A DNA stretch of 64,000 nt from positions 1 to 64,000 of the forward strand of contig NEEC01000027.1 of assembly GCA_002189035.1 (NCBI GenBank), written 5' to 3'. Positions 1-12,223 of the stretch are shown piece by piece (position 1 is the stretch's first letter; each line of letters starts with the position of its first letter). A model generated the notes under the pieces. It was given only the letters and a program-made list of their open reading frames with translations, was not told the DNA's origin and ran no database searches. Made by a program: the position numbers and the translations under genes. Source of the DNA: Utricularia gibba. Taxonomy: Eukaryota > Plantae > Magnoliophyta.

Positions 1-714
1 AACCTAAACCCTAAACCCTAAACCCTAAACCCTAAACCCTAAACCCTAAACCTAACCTAAAACCTAAACCCTAAACCCTAAACCCTAAACCCTAAACCCT
101 AAACCCTAACCCTAACCCTAAAACCCTAAAAACCTAAACCCTAAACCCTAAACCCTAACCTAAACCCTAAAAACCCTAAACCCTAAACCTAAAACCTAAA
201 CCCTAAACCCTAACCCTAAACCCTAAACCCTAACCTAACCCTAACCCTAAACCTAAACCCTAACCCTAAACTAAACCTAAACCTAAACCCTAAACCCTAA
301 ACCCTAAACCCTAACCTAAACCCTAAACCCTAAACCCTAAACCCTAAACCCTAAAACCTAAACCCTAAACCTAAACCCTAAACCCTAAACCCTAAACCTG
401 AACCTCTAAACCCTAACCCTAAACCCTAAACCCTAAACCCCTAAAACCCTGAACCCTGAACCCTAAACCCTAAACCCTAAACCCTAAACCTAAACCCTGA
501 ACCCTAAACCCCTAAACCCTAAACCCTAAACCTAAACCCTAAACCCTAAACCCTAAACCCTAACCCTGAACCTAACCCTAAACCCTAAACCCTAAACCTA
601 AACTAAACCCTAAACCCTAAACCTAAACCCTAAACCCTAACCTAAACCCTAAACCCTAAACCCTAAACCCTAAACCCTAAACCTAACCCTAAACCTAAAC
701 CTAAACCCCCTAAA
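1..714 (+). repeat. Terminal telomeric array, Arabidopsis-type (CCCTAAA)n / (TTTAGGG)n, left chromosome end
   Basis: About 100 tandem CCCTAAA units from base 1, C-rich strand 5'->3' as expected at a left end. Frequent length variants (CCTAAA, CCCTAA, CCCTAAAA) and a few CCCTGAA. Confidence 0.98.
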
Positions 715-1110
715 CCGTGAACCGTAAACCCTAAACCGTGAACCGTAAACCCTGAACCCTAATCCCTAATGCCGCATCCCTAAACCCTGAACCGTGAACC
801 GTAAACCCTGAACCGTAATCCCTAATGCCGAACCGTAACCCTGAACCGTAATCCCTAAACCCTAAACCCTAAACCGTGAACCGTAAACCCTGAACCGTGA
901 ACCGTAAACCCTGAACCCTAAACCGTGAACCGTAAACCCTGAAACCGAACCCATCCCTAAACCCGAAACCGTGAACCGTAAACCCTGAACCGTAATCCCT
1001 AATGCCGCATCCCTAAACCCGAAACCGTAATCCCTAATGCCGCATCCCTAAACCCTAAACTGTAATCCCTAATCCCTACACTCCTAAACCGTAAAACGCT
1101 AATCCCGAGA
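715..1110 (+). repeat. Proximal telomere-variant repeat zone with higher-order units
   Basis: The 7-bp register continues, but with CCGTGAA, CCGTAAA, CCCTGAA, CCGTAAT, CCCTAAT, GCCGCAT and CCCGAAA. CCGTGAACCGTAAA occurs 7 times and CCCTAATGCCGCATCCCTAAA 3 times. Confidence 0.93.
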
Positions 1111-1612
1111 CGTTGATTCTTTATCTTTCACGTCTGACAGCATGGCTTCTACGTGTTATCTTTTTAACTACGTAAACCTGGAACCCTATTCTGGTAGGTT
1201 TGTACCTTATAACTTTTAACTCTAAATTCTAAAATGTAAATCATACGTGCAGATGAGGTTATTGGTGAGTAGGGTCATACAGCAGACCATCATCTATGCA
1301 AATTGAAGCTCATTAGTTCCTGGCCACCGCCTTGTGGAGTAGTAATCCACCTGATGAACAATAAATGATAGCCAATGCTGGAGTATGAGATGTGTTCAGA
1401 AATGTTTTGGAAGAAAGGATCAGCATATGAACTCTATTTTGTGCAGCGCCCTGTGATAGACATAAAGGAAACCCCATACGGCTACTCCGATGCCTCATAG
1501 CATGCAATGCTGGTGATGTGGGAGATTACACAGAAATCAATGATAAGTCATCACAAAGTTGAGTAACCACAAGATGAAAAAATGATAAATTGGATAACGG
1601 TGAGCTTTAACC

Positions 1613-2463
1613 TCACGATCTCAAATTCAGGGAATCTATGAATCCGCTGGCCAGCAACCGCTCCACATATTTCCCTAAAATGTCAACCTCCAGATTCACC
1701 AATTCCCCAACTTTCTTCAGAGGTATCACAACCTTTTGTTGCGTGTAAGCAATAAGCATGAAATTGAAGCAAATTTCTTCATCAAACACATCCACCACAG
1801 TCAAACTAGTTCCATCGACACAAATATATCCTTTGGGCACAATATATTTCAACAACTCTCTTCGCACCTTCACCTTAAACCACAGCGAGTCTCCCTCCGG
1901 CGCAGTTTCTACAATCTCACCAGTTCCATCTACGTGGCCCTGCACAAAATGGCCACCCATTCTTGTGGTAGGGCTCAATGCCCTCTCCAAATTTACGAAG
2001 GATCCACTACCTAACCCCCAAGAGAAGTCTTCCTCAGTGTTTCAGGGGACAACCCAACTGAAAATTCCGACATGCTTTTGTCAAAATCGGTGACGGTCAG
2101 ACAAGTGCCATTCACAGAAATGCTGTCCCCCAAATTTATGTCTTCAAGTACGGTTTTCGCCCCTATTTTCATGCTGAAGCTGTTCTTCTCATCGAAGCCC
2201 AGATGCTTGATTGTGCCCATTTCTTCAACTATTCCAGTGAACAAGGATGTGATAGTGGTTACCGTGTTTTTGAGATGCTGAGATTTACTGGGCTTGACAA
2301 ACATAGATTCGATAGAGGGATTTCTTAGAGAACACCGAATACCCGAATTGATGAGAAACCGTGGCAGAGAAGCAGTGGCGTGGACGCCTGATTTTGCCGT
2401 CGGAGACATGGATTTCAGGTGGTTCATGGGGAGCGGCTGCGGAAAGCAAGGAACTAGTGCCAT
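1613..2463 (-). CDS. Riboflavin synthase (alpha-chain type, plastid transit peptide), intronless; one frameshift at 2015-2019
   Basis: N-part has SLFTGIVEEMG, LGDSISVNGTCLTV and LSPETLRKTSL. C-part has VNLERAL, RMGGHFVQGHVDGTG, DGTSLTV and VNLEVDILGKYVERLL. One extra C in the C5 run joins them into a 283-aa ORF. Confidence 0.93.
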
Positions 2464-2923
2464 TTTCTTTCGCCGTGGCTTGAATCAGTTGGGGAACATA
2501 ACCAGGGGGCTTTTGATGTCCTCTCTCCGTCTCTCGTCCGTGCTTTTACCCCCAAAAAAACACCACTTATCAGTTTTTCATATTTAGTGGGTGACCCGTT
2601 TCTAAAAATAATTTTTTAAAAAAGTGATTTTATATATTTAAAACTCATTCAATTTTTATCAGAGCATCTCAGATTTTCAAAAAAATTGAAGCAATTTACT
2701 ATTCCAATCCCATGTGGATCAGAAGCAATATATTTTTTATTCGAGAATCGATTTTAAAAGTATTTTGATTGAAATTGATGTTGTACCAAGTAGACACTTA
2801 TTTAAAATATTTTTAACTTCAAATAAAACAACGCCGTGGGAAGATAAAACACACAAACAAGAGTTAAAATTCACTCATCCTATCTTAAAAAAGACTGAAT
2901 GAGTTCATGATAACATAAGCTCT

Positions 2924-4637
2924 CTATGGTGGGCCGTAATATGGGCCTGGACTAAATATGCCCATTTCTCGTTTCTTCAATGAATGGATCTTCTCCAGTT
3001 TGAGGTTGGCCCGGAATTTAGTAATGAAGTTCTCGGCCTCAGTGTTTACATCCGGGCTCGGGCAGAACTCCGGGGACGGCAGTTGAAACGCTTTAGGCGT
3101 CATATCGGCGTCTCTCTCTCCCGGCTCCGGCGATTCGCTCCTCAGACTGGCATCGCTATTGATTCGAACATAATCGCCTTCCATTACGAATTTCCATACC
3201 GGTGTTTTCAGGAATGATGGTGGAGGCGGTTCTGCTGGGGTCTGATTCTGGTTACTGGGGAATCAGCACTGCAGTTTGCGATTTCTGCTATCATTCTATG
3301 CTGCAGTTCCGGTGGATTATCCATTGTCGATTTGGTCGTCTGGGAAATGGTTTCTGGTTGACGTTTTTCTGATACTGGCAGAGGAGGAGGAGGAGGAGCC
3401 GGCGGCGGAGGTGTAGAGGCCGAATGGATTGTGGCCGTTATTGTCCTTTGCTTTTGCTCATTGGAAAACACGCTTTGACAAACCGATGGCCGAGGTGGAG
3501 GCGGAGGCGGAGGCGGTGATGAGGCCTCCAAGTTGAGTGGAGACAGTGGCTGAGCCTGAGCCTCCTGAAGAAAGTTCAAACTGTCGATGCTCCTTTGCCT
3601 CTGCTTCTTATTCTTCTTGTAATAGAGAGAATTGAAGAATATATCTTTTGTTACTGTCACTCTTCTTTTCTTACCACTTTTAATGGTCGTCATCTCCGGC
3701 TGCATCATTGGTGAAACGGGCCTCGAGTTTTCATTATGATCGTCCTGCTTCTTACCCGATCTCTCTCTTTTGCCCCCTGATTTCTCACCATCCCCATTTT
3801 TTGACTCGATTTCCTGCCTGACCTCTCTGTCACTTTTCCGGACGCTACTTCTCTGCTCCTAGCATCCTTGATATTTTTTTTACTGTCTGTCTCAAGCGAC
3901 GTTCCTTCGGCCATCATACGCGGTAGGGGGAATAATTGTGATTTGTTCCTGGGTTCATCGAAGATGACGTTTCTGGTTTCTTGCTCCTCCATGGGAAGAC
4001 GAATTTCTTCCGAGCTCCGGTGGCGGCGGTGGGCTTGTTCTGTTACCGATCTTTCGCCTGCCTCAACGCCTAGATCATCAAAAGTTCTCCACCGATTATA
4101 ATAGAAGTGGGAAGAACATGAAGCTTCACGGAGATCTGGGAATGAGCTGCTGTTTCTTCGTAAGATTTGGTTTTTGCAGTCCAATTTCCCCTGATAATCC
4201 GAAAACTCTGGGCGCCACTGCTGGTTCAAATCGTGAGGACTGGAATTCTGGCCATCTTTTGCAGTCACCCTCCCCCATTTGTTTGGTGTGGATGGATTGG
4301 ATTTCTGGGGTTCATTTTGTATGCTATGAAAAGCCTGGATGTCATTGCAAGTATCATCGTTTCCGTTTATACCAAGCAAGCCAAACACCAGAGCAACCAA
4401 CACAAGAAGCAGATTCAAGGAATCCCAGCTGCTTTTGATAGTATTGGGCTTGAAGGACAGGGAAGAGGGCACAACCAAAACCATGAAAAAAACAGCCGCT
4501 GCTGTCAACAGGAGGAGCACGGTTGCTGAGCTGAAGAAAACGGAGGAGATGCCATCATGGTGATGGAGGTCGACCGTGCTTTGGATCCAGAATGGTGGCG
4601 GCGACTCCTCACCATCCCGATCTCCTTGTTGTTCCAT
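2924..4637 (-). CDS. Proline-rich protein of the DUF4408 (N-term TM) / DUF761-like (C-term) 'hydroxyproline-rich glycoprotein family' type; two frameshifts
   Basis: Motifs ESPPPFW, SWDSLNLLLVLVALVFGLL, RRNSSSFPDLR, KKQRQRSID, poly-Pro tracts, PVWKFVMEGDYVR and FCPSPDVNTEAENFITKFRANLKLEK are spread over three frames. Adding one base at T6 (3797-3802) and one at G4 (3237-3240) gives a 571-aa ORF. Confidence 0.85.
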
Positions 4638-5552
4638 GAGGAATAAATGGTAGAGTAGTCACTAGTTTTCTTTCTCTTGCTTTTTGCCTTTGCCTTTGCT
4701 GTTGCTTTCTGGTAGAAAATTATGCTTGTTGGGAATGGGAGGGGCGGATTGGGGACCCTTTGGTTTTCTCTCTCCGTATGCTTTGCTGTGTTCTTCCAAT
4801 TCCTAGAAGACGTGTTGGGTTGGAATGAAAGTGGAGTTTCTTGAGGAACCCCAAAACAGGCTTCTTTCTCAGACAGATTGGACTTGTACATGACTTCACA
4901 TGTCAGCTGGCCCGCGTGGGACTGGACTTCCACCAGCAGCTAGCTGTGAATTCATACGTAATGCATTTGCCAAGAGTGAACGTCAACTCTAACTAATCTA
5001 TGCTGCCTTGCCGGCGATGCAACCCAAGCCCTCCTTCCCTACGGTGGCTTCATGGTTAAAAATAAAAGAGTAAAAAACAGAAAAGGATGAGAGCCAATTT
5101 TTGGAAGTGGTTGGGTATGGGGACCTTAGTAGCGTTATATCCATTCAACCATTGTAGTTAGCAGGGCGCAGATCTGATTTATAAATGTAGATTAACTCTC
5201 GCCCAATCTTCAGTCTTTAACTACAGATTCGAAACTCTCCATGTTTGATCATTTTCTATTGAAATGCGCGTCCCCCCCTTTTATGGGGTACTGTACTATG
5301 CTGTACAGACGTAACTCATCAGCAATTTTGTCCCTTTCAGCTGGACGAGCTTCCCTGGTTCCTCGAACAAGTACAAATTTTGGCGCGTACATGCATACAT
5401 ACGACCCAGAGACTATAGCTACTCTTTTTTTTTTTTTTAAAATAAACTTTCATGAGCATTCGCCACCACTACCATGCTTTTCCCTCTCATCTCATCTCAA
5501 TAACGTAAAAGATGTGAAGATGATGATGCCTCTACACTGCACAATTTCCTGT

Positions 5553-8500
5553 CTAGGCTTCTTGCACATGAGTGTTAAAGTTCACAACTGAATATTTCTT
5601 CTGTAATTTCCCTTTCAACTGCCTAATTTTAGCATCAACTCTAGCACTAAAACCAATCTTCGTCCTTTGCCTTGCCTTGGAACTCTCTCTTTTCCACATG
5701 TGCCCATCTTCTATATCCTTCTTATAATGCTTGATCTCTTGAATGATATGATGATCCAACGGATGAAATGATCTTTGGTAAGAAATGTGGACAAGGTACG
5801 GCAGATTGCAAAGCACCGTGGCTACTAGTGTTGTAGTCCAGTATATCGGGGCTGGAGCCAAAACTTCCACGAATACTCTGAATGCGTCTACTTGAAGGGA
5901 ATACGACATTTCCCCATATACCAACAGAAACAGGTACCATGTAATGACACTGCCCCATATGAGAATGTGTTGTATCCATGTGAAGTGGCTCATTGTCAAG
6001 GCGATTTGGCAGTTCACGGACCAGATGACACACGTCATCATGGCAGTTCCCACCGCCACCATATCCGCTGTCTGGCCTCCCAATCTGAAAGCCTGATTGT
6101 AAAAGATCACCAGGTTGAGATAGAAGATGATGAAGGAGGCGTAGAGTCCGTTTAGCATCCACCCCAATATTCTTGGCCAGTCAAAGAAAAGGTTTTTTGG
6201 GCCTTGCTGGTACAACGCTGGAAACTGCACCAACCAAAGTTCGGCTGTCATCACATCGCACTTCAAATATCAACTAATTCAGCATATGCCACCATACCTA
6301 GCGACTACAGACATTTTTAGACAGAAATGTGACATGAAACGAACCTGCAAGCACACCTCCGAATCGACATCCTGTTCGAATACTCCAAGTGAAATGACAG
6401 GTAATGAAGTCAGGACCACGTTGAATAGCAGCATGTACCAGTCATCATACACTGATTGTCCAGAGAAACCAGCAAAAGCTTCAAAGTAGAATATAGTGAT
6501 GCCGAATGCAATGTTCTTATAGAAGAAATAGCAGATCTGTCTTGAAAAAATCATATCAGCATTCACTAAGGCATCCGACAATTCGAGTTTATATCTAATT
6601 ACTAACCATTTGAGCTATTCTCTTGTAACACCAATGCCCATGTACGACCATAAGTCTCTCCAGGAATCGGAACTGTGCTATTGCAAAGTCACTAGCCATC
6701 ACTGCCTGCAAACAAGTGATATCACTTTTTGTCTTCGTTCACTGAATTTACAAACATAAAATGCCAAAACCGACAAGGTAAAGCAGTTCTAACATAGAAT
6801 GCAGTCAGGTGCTAACTAAAGATCTTATGAAAAAAATATATAACAATGATTCATCCAGGACCTGCATCCCTTCACATCCACTTATTCCAACACCAATATC
6901 AGCTTCTTGAATCATGCCAACATCGTTTGCCCCATCCCCAATCGCCAACGTGATCCTTTCTGTTCCTTCTTTAACCAATCTTGTAACCTGAAGCAATAAT
7001 TAAATCATTGAAAAGAACACATAACATGACGTTACTGATGTTTATCAGAAAATATGGACTGCACACCAAAGCTTTCTGCTTGGGTGAAACCCGACAACAT
7101 ATAACAGAAGCGCATTCAACGGCCAAGTTTAAGAATTGATGTTTGATGCCATCCTCCAAAGCATATGCCAATGTTTTCCCATCAATTATAAGTGCATATG
7201 CTGCATGAGGATCCAAATCCCCATTGATCATATGCATCGCATTACTGATTTGAGACAAGATATCATCCATTGCAGCCTGGCAGCAATGAAAAAACGACAC
7301 AAGCCCGCACACTTTAGATTTACATTGTCATAATTTGCCAAATAATTACTGGAATAAGAAGCTGAAGCTACCTGCTTGCAGTCTTGGAGTAATGCATCCA
7401 CATTTGTTGTTAGGCACACTTGCTTCATCCCTTGTCGAAGCAAACTACAAGCAAATCTGCATGACAATAACTCACATTTGAGAATGGGGACGTCAAAATA
7501 TTTGAAAATGAAAATTGTCAAATATTTAGCGACAATGTTAAAGCCATACAATACAAGAGGGGAAACACACCCTATATTAATTGCTGTTTCCATCTTATCA
7601 CCTGTGAGAACCCAAATCTTCAAACCAGCTTGTGCTAATTTGTCTATGCACTCAGGCACCTATTCAAAGTGTATAAATAATTGAAATATGAACGTAAAAG
7701 TGAAAAAGAAATTAACAAGAAGCATTTCATTTACTCTTAAGGTACTCAAAGCATACCCCTTTCTGCAATTTGTCCTCAACTGCAGTTGCACCAACAATAA
7801 TCATGTCCCTTTCTATTTCATCCGAAAGCCTCTCAAGATTATCGTCCCTTTCACTATCAATTGAGATCTTTGCATTGGTAAACTTTTCATTCCAAGAAGA
7901 GTACTCTGTCTCATTTAGCTTCCTGTAAGCGAGTGCAAGTGTTCGTAGTCCAGCCTCACCATAGTCATTCAAGTCCTTCATTGTAGCTTCCTCATACTTG
8001 CGACCATTCACCGATAGCCTATCAAAGATGATGCTGCAAAAAGGAATGCGAAGACATCAAAGATTAAAAGATTGCGGCTGTGGCACTGTTGGTTGTAGGA
8101 ACTATAACAGAAGCTTAAGTTGAAAAACTAGATTTTTACACACACACCTGTCAGCTCCCTTGCACAATAGAAGAATTTGATCATTCTCATCCCTGATGAT
8201 TACAGACATTCTCTTCCTTTTGCTAGTGAAATCCAATAGAGTCAGTACTTTATACTCCCTAATCACCCAAAAAAAAAAAAAGAACTTGACTAATCACAAG
8301 ATCGTTTCAATGATCGCACAGAATCGAGTTTTTGTGGTCTCACCTTTCAACAGGCTGTTGAAAGGAAGGATATCTTTCGCGAATAAAAACACTCGATTGT
8401 GTTCTTCTAGAAAATTCGAAACCGAATTCTTTAGCAGCAACCAGAAAAGCGCCTTCATCAGGTGATTCTGCTTCGTACGTAAGGACACCAGTCTCTTCAT

Positions 8501-10148
8501 TTTCCTCAGGAATTGCTGATTGACATATTGACAAAATTCTGAAGAACATTAATACATCATCCTTGTTGGGTTCATTAAGCCAGTTCCCATTCATAAGTCG
8601 GATATCTTCAAAACTAAAGCCTTTTACTGTAGGTTGAAGTGAATCTTCATCTTTTGAAGTAACAACCGTCTCTAACTGAATTTCTGATTCCTCATATCCA
8701 AAACCACTTTTAATTCTTGTATGCATACCGTTACTTTTGCTCTGAACATCTAAATCCATAGCCATCTTTTTTGCAGCAGCAAGTTCCACATCACTGGCAC
8801 GGGTCCCATATGCTGTCCCTGCAATGGAGCATTTGAGAAAGTCCATCTGATTGCAGGTCAAGGTCCCTGTTTTATCTGTAAGAACGGTATCAACCTGTCC
8901 CAGTTCCTCGTTCAAGTTCGATGTCCGAGCCTGAGCAGGCGTCCCACTGTCTTCATCATACATATGAATATCCTGGTTCATGAACAGAGCTTGGAGCACT
9001 TTTACAACCTCAATCGACACATAGAGAGAAATAGGTATCAAATATCCATACAACATAAGGGCAGTTATCAGATGATAGAAGCCCGACTCAATTGGCCTCC
9101 CAGGATTATAAAGATGTTTGCTGTCTGGAACCCGTAAGTACCACCACTTGGGCAGCGAGTTTCTGGTCTTCAGTATAAAACCCATAGAACTTATCAGCGA
9201 GATGAAAAGTAGGATGATGAAAAGGATATATATAACATTGTCCATCTGCTTCTCAATTCTACTCCTCTTGGAAGGAGACTTCGTAGAATTTTGCATGACC
9301 TTGCTATCATGTCCAGTGAATACCACAACTCCATAAACGTAAGCTGTGTTCCGAAGCTTTGAATCTCGAAGCAGAATCTGACTGGGGTCTATAGGATACA
9401 CATGGTGATTAAAATCAAGTTTCCCAACAAAAGTGTACAGACTGGGGTTGGGATCTTCACATCTTATGGTGGCACTAAAGTCCTTAAAAGCTGATTCATT
9501 ATCCAGTGATAGTGTCGCTTCCGGCGCTCGCTTCACCTTCAAATTCGTCTCTCCATCCAGATTCATAGTCTCCACATAGCAGATACCATCTTCATAACTT
9601 GAAGACAACATCAGTAGATCAGCAGGGAAAAATTGATCTTTTATAACTTTCACTACATCTCCAACACGAAGCATCCTCCATGGCTTTAGCTTAAATTCAC
9701 CGTCACTCTGGTGCATGCTAGTTTTCCGTAAATTCACCTTCAAATCCTGTATAAACCTTCTCCAGTCTTCTAAGGCCTCCTTGGCCATGCTCAGTCCAAC
9801 CACAAAAGCAAGTGGAGCTATCATACTCAGAGGCCCGAATGGTGATATTGGAGTTAGGGATAAAAGTGCAGCTAGGAGAAAGTAAAAATTTGCTACACGT
9901 CTAAATTGTTCAAATATGGCCTTAGGGAGGAACGTAAGGAAACTATACTTAGTTGTGGTGATATGGTTAGAGCAGTATCTATAGGGTTTTTGATCATGCT
10001 TATGAGGTGCATTGCAAAACACGACTCTCGAGAAGCCTGGTCCCGAAATATCATTAGCCTCATCTTCCTGAGTTAAAGGTGGTCTTAGGCAAGCGAAAGT
10101 ATACAAACTGCTTCTACGGATCCTAGCCCTAATTCTTCCACGAGCCAT
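5553..10148 (-). CDS. ALA: P4-type phospholipid-flipping ATPase (ALA4-ALA7 group), 11 coding exons
   Basis: Motifs [40 protein letters not shown] and ICYFFYKN. Exons traced with GT-AG ends: 10148-8344, 8258-8148, 8033-7757, 7659-7571, 7456-7372, 7276-7067, 6987-6862, 6705-6607, 6536-6345, 6224-5553 (ten traced segments; exon count approximate). Confidence 0.96.
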
Positions 10149-11490
10149 TAGTTAATGCAGCGATCAAGAGGGATAACTTGTTACAGAAAGAAGGGCAGAA
10201 ACATAAAACACTTGCCTCCTCCAGGCAAGTGAAAGCTCAGGGTCATATATCAATATTCTTCATAAAGAAATGAATTTCCACCAGGTTGTATATACCAGCT
10301 TCATTTCAGGACTACAACAATGAACCCACCTGGAAATAAATCAACGTAGAAGCATCTGACAAAGCTGATTTCAGTTTCAAAGAAAAACAATAAATCATTA
10401 AAGATCACATCAAACGGTCAAAGCGTGAAAAACTGATCCAGAAAAATGCAGTCTTTCCAAATTCATGGCTGAGTGAGGGTGGGAGGATCAAGCGTCGCAA
10501 ACACCCCATTTCCATGATGAAAAATTGATTCCAATCCCACAAGAAAATGGCATTAACATATGATACCGAGGGACGAACCTTTCGATATCTTCTGCATCTT
10601 TCAATGCCGCATTCTTAATGGTAACGAGGGATCAAAGGCCCACGGGAACTGAGCGCGGGAAGAAAGGGCGATGTCGTTATTACGAGAATGGAACGAGAGC
10701 TTACCACACATTGGATTGATGGTCAAGGAAGAAAGATTTCTGATTTGTTTTCACTTAAGTCGACTAAGATGATTTATGGAGCATCTTGCCAGCGGTATAT
10801 GCATCATTACCTTATTTAAAAAAAATCACAAAGTTAATGCAACAGTACACAAGTGAGTGTGGTGGGGGAATGAAGGAATTTACAAAACAATCGTGGAACC
10901 CAGCATTTTTTTTTTTTGTCCGTGTGTTACGGTAGCCAAAGGTTCAAAATTGAAAATCCGAAGTCTGCCGCCTCCCAAGAGCAATTCACTATATTTGGGA
11001 GATACAGATGAGTTCTGTAGCAATAGTCCACACTACACATTCAGCACTCACACGTTGGTCCTCACACCAGACTCACTCCATCGTCATATGAGATCAGAAT
11101 GAGTAAGGCTGCCCTCACTCAGATTCTACACTCGTAGAAATGCCTCCAAAACTCCATTTTTTTCCCAACCAATCGAATGAACACCCCGCATAATGAATTG
11201 GTTTTCACGGAAAAAGGTATCATGTGCTGGTTATGATCATCCAAAATAATGAAGCTAACAGGAATATGTAAAAACGAGAAGCCAACTTGGACGCGAATAG
11301 GCTCAAAAAATGCTTCTGTAATTGAAACGAGAGGCAACTTTATTCAAGGAATGTACACAGCTCTTTATCCACAGGCTTTCACAAGACAGCTTGAATTTTG
11401 GCTGTGTATCTGTAATCCTTTTACACGTTAACGCAATGGAATTTGGTATATCAAAACTTGACGTAAGTATTACCTTTAGAATCATAAGAT

Positions 11491-11706
11491 CTAGTGTTTT
11501 CCAGACTGGGATGGGGGGGCTGGGGAAGCATTCTTGGAAGCCTCTTTTGACCCTGAAACAGCTGCAGTTGCCGCTGCAGTCATGGCAGCCGCAGCAGCGG
11601 CAATCTTTACTCCGCCAGCAGCCTTAAGTGCACCTCCAACTTTAGCAAATGCAGCCACTCCTCCAACCAAAATGGCTCTGAATACAACTGTTGGATCCAC
11701 TGACAT
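11491..11706 (-). CDS. Small Ala/Gly-rich protein (71 aa), function unknown
   Basis: ATG ORF MSVDPTVVFRAILVGGVAAFAKVGGALKAAGGVKIAAAAAAMTAAATAAVSG..., preceded by a probable 5'-UTR intron (GT 12044-12043, poly-T+AG 11716-11715) and by a site II cluster. Confidence 0.7.
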   Translation of the reverse strand: MSVDPTVVFRAILVGGVAAFAKVGGALKAAGGVKIAAAAAAMTAAATAAVSGSKEASKNASPAPPSQSGKH

Positions 11707-12154
11707 GATTCACACTTGACAAAAAAACCCCAATTTTGAATTAATGACCAATTTGTACATTCGTTTTGTTGAATGATACGAGTATAGGGAAGGAGGGGAT
11801 CCCCACAAACGCAAATAGATTCAGACGCCAATCTCTTCCCAACCGACCACTCGCATCTTATAGCATCAAATAATGTCTACGTTTATTTTCGCCACAATCT
11901 AAAATTTGCAATCTAGATTTCATTTTTCACAATTGACAGAAAAAGCAGCAATAAACCTGAGACCAGGAGAAATGAACAAATACAAGCTCCAACAGCATAG
12001 CATTTCAAAATTCAAAATTGAACCTTCGCGATTAAGAAACGAACCTCGGTTGAATCTCCGTCCAGCAGATTGACCCAGGGCCACCAAATTTTTGTGCTCG
12101 TCCACACCTGCGAAATGAGAGGTAATGGGTTATGGTGCTTAATGCGATCGGTTA

Positions 12155-12223
12155 GGCCCATACCGTATGCCTCACCGGACTTAGAACGGCCCACTTAGAT
12201 ACTAGGTAGCATTATGAAGCCCA
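12155..12223 (-). promoter_or_regulatory. Cluster of three site II (TGGGCY) TCP-type elements upstream of the 71-aa gene
   Basis: GGCCCA 12155-12160, GGCCCA 12188-12193, AGCCCA 12218-12223. Confidence 0.5.

Noticed and set aside
1313-1507. 64-aa ORF between the telomere and riboflavin synthase
   Set aside because: No recognisable motif; it lies in the probable 3' UTR/terminator of riboflavin synthase.
1514-1523. USE-like TCCCACATC motif (snRNA / telomerase RNA promoter) on the minus strand
   Set aside because: No TATA box at Pol III (~25 bp) or Pol II (~33 bp) spacing, and no recognisable RNA or telomere template downstream.
11607-11831. Upstream 74-aa ORF that could be fused to the 71-aa protein by +1 base
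   Set aside because: It starts with TTG and runs through what looks like an intron 3' end (poly-T + AG at 11716); a 5'-UTR intron explains the region better.
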